This document shows positions 42,332 to 46,881 of a stretch of DNA of 46,881 bases, one piece after another. Position numbers and translations under genes: made by a program. The notes below the pieces were generated by a model that had not been told where the DNA came from, searched no databases, and worked only from the letters and a program-made list of their open reading frames with translations. Position 1 is the first letter of the stretch. Every line of letters begins with the position of its first letter. Origin of the DNA: Bacteroidota bacterium (GTDB lineage: Bacteria > Bacteroidota > Bacteroidia > M30B66); NCBI GenBank assembly GCA_947459155.1, contig CANHCM010000001.1:1-46881 (forward strand), given 5' to 3'.

Positions 42332-43264
42332 ATGATCACCCTGTACAAATCAACCAACCGCAGACTGGAACAAGTTCAGAAGCCGGAGCCTGGCTGCTGG
42401 ATTAATGTTGTAGATCCCAGTGAAGAGGAGCTGGCCTGGCTCCTTAGAGAGCTTCCGTTTACGGAAGAGTACCTGCAAGACCCACTCGACATCGACGAAA
42501 AAGCCCGCGCAGAGCGAGACGAGGACGTATTGTTTACCCTCATTCGAATTCCGCACTTTCAAGGGAAAAAAGACGAAACGCCTTTTATCACCATTCCGCT
42601 GGGCGTGGTGATGAATAACGACTACATTGTGACCATTGCCAAAGAGGAAAACGTGATTATTCAGGAGTTTGAGAATAACCGCGTCAAGAACCTCAATACG
42701 GCGAAGCACTACCGCTTCTTGTTGCTCATCCTCTTGAAAACGGCTGCCAAGTACCTGATGCACCTGCGGGAAATCAACAAAACCGTTGACAAAATCGAGG
42801 ATGCCTTGCAAGACAGCATGCGCAATCAGGATATTTTCGATTTGCTGAAGTATCAAAAGGCATTGATTTTCTACACCACAGCCCTTAAATCGAACGAGCT
42901 CATGATGGCAAGGCTCAATCGCCTGCAACTGCTCAGAACCTACGAAGAAGATGAAGAGCTCTTTCAGGATGTTGTAACCGAGTTCCAGCAAGCGATCGAG
43001 ATGACCAACATTTCGAGCAACATTGTTGTGCAGATGACCACTGCGTACGCCTCGATCATCAACAACAACATGAATAAGATCATCAAGACACTCACCTTGA
43101 TAACCATTGTGCTTTACGTGCCAACGCTTATTGCGAGTTTCTTCGGAATGAACGTGGAGCTCCCCGGCCAAAACAGTCCCAATGCCTTTGGTGTCATCTT
43201 AAGTATTTCACTGGCCTTAAGTGCGTCGATTTTGTTCATCTTCCTGCGGCGTCGCTGGTTTTAA
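42332..43264 (+). CDS. corA: magnesium/cobalt transporter CorA
   Basis: About 310 aa. C-terminal two TM helices with FFGMNVELPG (GMN motif). Acidic N-terminal domain. Confidence 0.85.
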   Translation: MITLYKSTNRRLEQVQKPEPGCWINVVDPSEEELAWLLRELPFTEEYLQDPLDIDEKARAERDEDVLFTLIRIPHFQGKKDETPFITIPLGVVMNNDYIVTIAKEENVIIQEFENNRVKNLNTAKHYRFLLLILLKTAAKYLMHLREINKTVDKIEDALQDSMRNQDIFDLLKYQKALIFYTTALKSNELMMARLNRLQLLRTYEEDEELFQDVVTEFQQAIEMTNISSNIVVQMTTAYASIINNNMNKIIKTLTLITIVLYVPTLIASFFGMNVELPGQNSPNAFGVILSISLALSASILFIFLRRRWF

Positions 43265-43266
43265 CT

Positions 43267-44328
43267 ATGGGAACAGCGCTATTACAAAGGCCGGGCAGCC
43301 CTTCCCGCCCTACCGACTTCCAATTTAGCGAGGCCAAACTGCTCCTCGAGCAAGGCCGTTTTGCAATTCAGGCCGGCGACTTAAAAGAAGTTCGCTACCC
43401 CAGGAAGAACGTCGCATTTCTGGAATTAAAAAGCGGAGAAACCGTAGAAATTAATTACCCCAATATTCGTGGATTACTGCAGGCTGAGCTTGGCAGCTTC
43501 AACGAGAAAATTTCTTTCTTCGAAAGGGCTATGGGGCGGGGCATTTGGCCAATCGCGATATTTTTGGTGATGACCTTGCTCGTGATACTGAGCATTTGGT
43601 TCTGGCTTTTACCATTTATTGCCTTCAGAGCGGCCGATGCCTTTCCAAAAGAACAGGAAATCGAGCTGGGGAATACGCTCTACACCCAATACATGGCTTC
43701 GGAAAAGGTAGATTCGGCCGGTTCGGCTATGCTCAACGAATATGCCCGACAAATGCAGTTTCCCGGCGATTATCCCTTGCATTTTACCCTAGTGCAATCG
43801 GAAACGGTGAATGCTTTTGCCTTGCCGGGCGGACATATTGTGGTGTACTCGGGCATTCTCAAAGGCATGAAGCACGAAGGTCAGCTGGCAGCCTTGCTGG
43901 CCCACGAGGCCTCGCATGTTGTTCAGCGGCACTCTATAAAGTCGATGATGCGGGAATTGGCCGGCAGCATTGTACTCAACCTGGTACTCGGCGACGCCGG
44001 CGCGATGACCGGCACTCTCGCTTCTCAGGCGGAGGGCTTTAGAAGCCTATCGTATTCACGCAGTTTGGAAACAGAGGCCGACCTCAAAGGCTTGGAAATA
44101 CTAAGAAACAACTCGATTGACCCCAAAGGGATGACCGACTTATTGCTTCAGCTCAACGAGGCGGGTGGAGGAGCTCATCCACCGGAGTTTTTAAGTACGC
44201 ATCCTTTGCCCGAAAGCAGGATTGAACAGCTTCAGGAGGCCATTTCAACTGGCGGTGCTATGCGAAGCGATACCCTCAACCCTACCCTATTCCAACAGCT
44301 TAAATCGAAAGCGGCGTCGGCATTCTAA
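43267..44328 (+). CDS. M48 family metallopeptidase
   Basis: 353 aa. HEASHVVQRH (HExxH) with a downstream E. TM segment WPIAIFLVMTLLVILSIWFWLLPF. Starts 2 nt after the corA stop. Confidence 0.8.
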   Translation: MGTALLQRPGSPSRPTDFQFSEAKLLLEQGRFAIQAGDLKEVRYPRKNVAFLELKSGETVEINYPNIRGLLQAELGSFNEKISFFERAMGRGIWPIAIFLVMTLLVILSIWFWLLPFIAFRAADAFPKEQEIELGNTLYTQYMASEKVDSAGSAMLNEYARQMQFPGDYPLHFTLVQSETVNAFALPGGHIVVYSGILKGMKHEGQLAALLAHEASHVVQRHSIKSMMRELAGSIVLNLVLGDAGAMTGTLASQAEGFRSLSYSRSLETEADLKGLEILRNNSIDPKGMTDLLLQLNEAGGGAHPPEFLSTHPLPESRIEQLQEAISTGGAMRSDTLNPTLFQQLKSKAASAF

Positions 44329-44334
44329 CTCAAA

Positions 44335-45105
44335 TTACCCTTGCTTACCGCCTTTAAGCCGTTCGGCAAGATGGCGAAAGTGTGTCCTCGACTCCTCAGT
44401 CCACCATTGCTTGAAGGTAGGCTCAAAGCTGGTTTGAAAATCGGTACGAAGCCTCATCAACAGGGCATTTCGGAAGTTCAGTTTGCTTTGGGCCCAAACC
44501 CGTGTGCTAAATTTAAGATAGCCTTTAAGCTTGGTTAAAGCCACTTGCTCCACCTCGGCCAATGGAACAACTGCCTGAACAAGTCCATTGGAAAGCGCTT
44601 CCTGAGGGCTATGCATTTTGCCATCCAACAAATACTGATAGGCTTTATTGCGGCCAAGCGCAAAACTGTAGAGGTGATAAATGGTTTCGGGAATAACAAT
44701 TCCGATTTCAACCTCGTTGAGCCCAATTCGGTAAGGCCCTTCGGCCATCACGCGGTAGTCGGCACAAAGGGTAAACAGCGTACCGCCAGCCTCACAATGG
44801 CCGGTAATGGCATTCACCAATGGTTTGGGGAATGCCACCATTAATCGAAGCAAACGGTCGAAGTCGCGCCAAAAATCGAGCACCTTAATCTCGTTATACT
44901 CGTAAATCTCAATCAAATCGAGTCCTGCCGAGAAGAATTCGCCTTGCCCGGTGAGCATAACTCCGCGTACTTGTTCATTGGCCTTGAGCTCGAGAATTGC
45001 CTGGGTAAGCTCAGAAATTAACAATTGGTTAATGGCATTGGCTCTTCCTCTTTGCAGGCGGATGGTAGCAATATCACCCTCGATGGTTGTGCTGATGGTT
45101 TGCAT
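44335..45105 (-). CDS. enoyl-CoA hydratase/isomerase family protein
   Basis: 256 aa with a crotonase fold pattern: RGRANAIN, LTGQGEFFSAGLDL, ITGHCEAGG. Confidence 0.8.
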   Translation of the reverse strand: MQTISTTIEGDIATIRLQRGRANAINQLLISELTQAILELKANEQVRGVMLTGQGEFFSAGLDLIEIYEYNEIKVLDFWRDFDRLLRLMVAFPKPLVNAITGHCEAGGTLFTLCADYRVMAEGPYRIGLNEVEIGIVIPETIYHLYSFALGRNKAYQYLLDGKMHSPQEALSNGLVQAVVPLAEVEQVALTKLKGYLKFSTRVWAQSKLNFRNALLMRLRTDFQTSFEPTFKQWWTEESRTHFRHLAERLKGGKQG

Positions 45106-45247
45106 AGTCAGTGGTAGGCAGCGAATTTAGGCGAAACCGACAAATCCATCACCTTTGAATAAAGCGATGAGGAAATAATCCCTCCATTTGGCCGTTAACC
45201 TGTTCATAACTAATCGTACCCATAAGGCACACCGCTCAACGAATTGG

Positions 45248-45255
45248 TAAATTTG
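45248..45255 (+). promoter_or_regulatory. -7 promoter box TAAATTTG
   Basis: 31 nt upstream of the ATG at 45287. Confidence 0.4.
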
Positions 45256-45286
45256 ACGAACAACTTCATTTAAAAGTACCGTTATC

Positions 45287-45550
45287 ATGTCGTTAACACA
45301 GGAACAAGAAAAAGCACTGCAGCAATTGAATAAGGTTTTTCGCCGTTTCGAAGCGCAGGCCGAACTGACCTCTGATGACCCGGAGCAGTTGGTGCACCAG
45401 TTTATGATGGAAGAGTTTCCGCTGGTAAGTCCTGATGCGGAACATATGCAAAAACTGTCTGACATGCGTAAATCGCTGCTTGGAGGAAAATCAGCTACAC
45501 CAGTGGCTAAGCCTACCGAAAATGGAGACCTTCAGCGCTCCTTCGAATAA
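45287..45550 (+). CDS. hypothetical small acidic protein
   Basis: 87-aa ORF with an ATG start and a promoter box upstream. No recognisable family. Confidence 0.5.
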   Translation: MSLTQEQEKALQQLNKVFRRFEAQAELTSDDPEQLVHQFMMEEFPLVSPDAEHMQKLSDMRKSLLGGKSATPVAKPTENGDLQRSFE

Positions 45551-45576
45551 GGTTTAGGTTAAACTTCGCTTTATTG

Positions 45577-45606
45577 AACATGCTGCCCTACCTTAGGCGG
45601 CATGTT
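45577..45606 (+). promoter_or_regulatory. hairpin that includes the M28 peptidase start codon in its 3' arm (terminator and/or translational control)
   Basis: AACATGCTGCC / GGCGGCATGTT, an 11-bp stem with one G-U pair and an 8-nt loop, followed by TCGTTTT. The ATG at 45602-45604 lies inside the 3' arm. Confidence 0.4.
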
Positions 45607-46881
45607 TCGTTTTAGACTCATTCTATGGGCCTGTCTGGTGCTGAGCCAAAAGGCCATCGGTCAGACCAAGGCTGATTCGCTATTCATCCGTAAGATTTTT
45701 GATGCCGCGCTTACCCAGAGCCGATGCTACGAAGATTTAAGATACCTGTGTAAATCCATAGGACCTCGTTTAAGCGGCTCGCCCGGCGCTGCGCAGGCTG
45801 TTGACTTTATGGAGGCCGTGATGAAACGCGAGAACTTCGATAAGGTATTCCGGCAAGAAACCATGGTGCCGCATTGGGTAAGAGGTTCGGTATGTAGCGT
45901 TAAAGAGCTCGAATCGGGTCGGAACATTAAGGCCTGCGCTTTAGGCGGAAGCGAAGGAGGTGCAGCCGAAGCCGAGGTTTTGGAGGTACAGCGTGTTGAA
46001 CAACTCGATAGCCTGGGCGAGAAAGCCATCAAGGGCAAGATCGTGTACTTCAGTCGCCCCATGGAGCCGCGCCACATCCACACTTTTGAAGCCTACGGCG
46101 GATGTGTGGACCAACGCTGGGCTGGACCGGCAAAGGCTTCAAAGTACGGAGCACTGGCCACCCTTGTTCGATCGATGAATTTGCGTGAAGATGGGTTTCC
46201 GCATACCGGAAGCATGACCTACGATAGCTTATACCCCAAAATTCCGGCTTTGGCAATTTCCACCGAAGATGCAACCTGGCTGAGCAGCCAACTGGCCAGG
46301 CGGAAAAAAGTCGTTATTCGAGTTGAAGACAACAGCCGTACTTTACCCGACACCCTTTCGCACAATGTGGTGGGTGAACTTCAAGGAAAGGAGAAGGCGA
46401 ACGAGTTTATTGTGGTAGGTGGCCACCTGGATGCCTGGGACAATGGGGAAGGCGCACACGACGATGGGGCAGGTTGCGTCCACAGCATTGAAGCTTTGCG
46501 GATTTTGAAAAATCTGGGGTATACCCCACGAAGAAGCCTCAGGGCGGTGATGTTTATGAATGAAGAAAACGGGCTTCGCGGAGGGAAACGCTATGCCTTT
46601 TTGGCCGATTCATTAAAGGAAAAACACGTTTATGCGATTGAGTCGGACCGGGGCGGATTTACACCCCGTGGCTTTTATGTCGACCACAACAATCCCAACG
46701 AAGTAGATAAGATCAAGCGCTTCAAGTCTCTGCTTGAGCCTTACGGACTCCACGATTTTAAGAAAGGAGGCGGGGGCGCCGACATTAACCCTTTAAAGCC
46801 TCAGGGCACCGTGTGTATTGGGTTTGTGCCCGATTCTCAGCGGTATTTCGACCATCATCACGCCGAATACGACACCTTCGA
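45602..46881 (+). CDS. M28 family metallo-aminopeptidase (3'-partial, runs off the window)
   Basis: Open frame with no stop to the window end (absent from the ORF track for that reason). Signal peptide MFRFRLILWACLVLSQKAIGQ. GGHLDAWDNGEGAHDDGAGC, FMNEENGLRGG, DHHHAEYD. Confidence 0.8.
   Translation, partial: MFRFRLILWACLVLSQKAIGQTKADSLFIRKIFDAALTQSRCYEDLRYLCKSIGPRLSGSPGAAQAVDFMEAVMKRENFDKVFRQETMVPHWVRGSVCSVKELESGRNIKACALGGSEGGAAEAEVLEVQRVEQLDSLGEKAIKGKIVYFSRPMEPRHIHTFEAYGGCVDQRWAGPAKASKYGALATLVRSMNLREDGFPHTGSMTYDSLYPKIPALAISTEDATWLSSQLARRKKVVIRVEDNSRTLPDTLSHNVVGELQGKEKANEFIVVGGHLDAWDNGEGAHDDGAGCVHSIEALRILKNLGYTPRRSLRAVMFMNEENGLRGGKRYAFLADSLKEKHVYAIESDRGGFTPRGFYVDHNNPNEVDKIKRFKSLLEPYGLHDFKKGGGGADINPLKPQGTVCIGFVPDSQRYFDHHHAEYDTF

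Noticed and set aside
42350-43171. 273-aa ORF antisense to corA
   Set aside because: It is fully embedded opposite corA, has an odd composition rich in H, V, L and N, and has no signal or motif. Shadow ORF.

Overview
A 46.9-kb chromosomal window that looks Bacteroidota-like. The evidence is TAnnTTTG-type -7 promoter boxes in front of many genes, A-rich start regions without Shine-Dalgarno sequences, CarboxypepD_reg-type TonB-dependent receptors, a PorV/PorQ-like barrel, a T9SS-type C-terminal domain, and many Cys-lipobox lipoproteins. All calls come from reading the ORF translations and the DNA by eye; no searches were run.

About 40 CDS are supported. Most are housekeeping: recG, ruvC, greA, HIT, ribF, clpX, clpP, ahcY, cinA, a fused branched-chain 2-oxoacid dehydrogenase E1 alpha/beta, corA, M48 and M28 peptidases, an aldehyde dehydrogenase, an enoyl-CoA hydratase, two GT2 glycosyltransferases and an epimerase.

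The less ordinary content is:
1. A tight three-gene minus-strand operon (28415->19761): an oversized TonB-dependent-receptor-like barrel, a 1270-aa secreted protein with a T9SS-type C-terminal domain, and a PorV/PorQ-family barrel. It ends in a 17-bp terminator stem.
2. A four-gene putative metal-uptake operon: DUF4856-like lipoprotein, imelysin-like lipoprotein, HTTM (gamma-carboxylase-like) membrane protein and TonB-dependent receptor. A tandem 11-mer lies upstream of its promoter.
3. Two copies of a ~250-bp MITE-like element with terminal inverted repeats and 6-bp target-site duplications. One copy sits exactly on a stop codon.
4. A small islet of four lipoprotein genes. Two are Ala-rich, GCT-biased, Lpp-sized paralogs, and two carry a shared Cys motif.
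5. A signal-peptide-bearing YidD-like protein coupled to an unknown membrane protein.

No rRNA, tRNA, CRISPR array, integrase or recognisable defence genes were seen.
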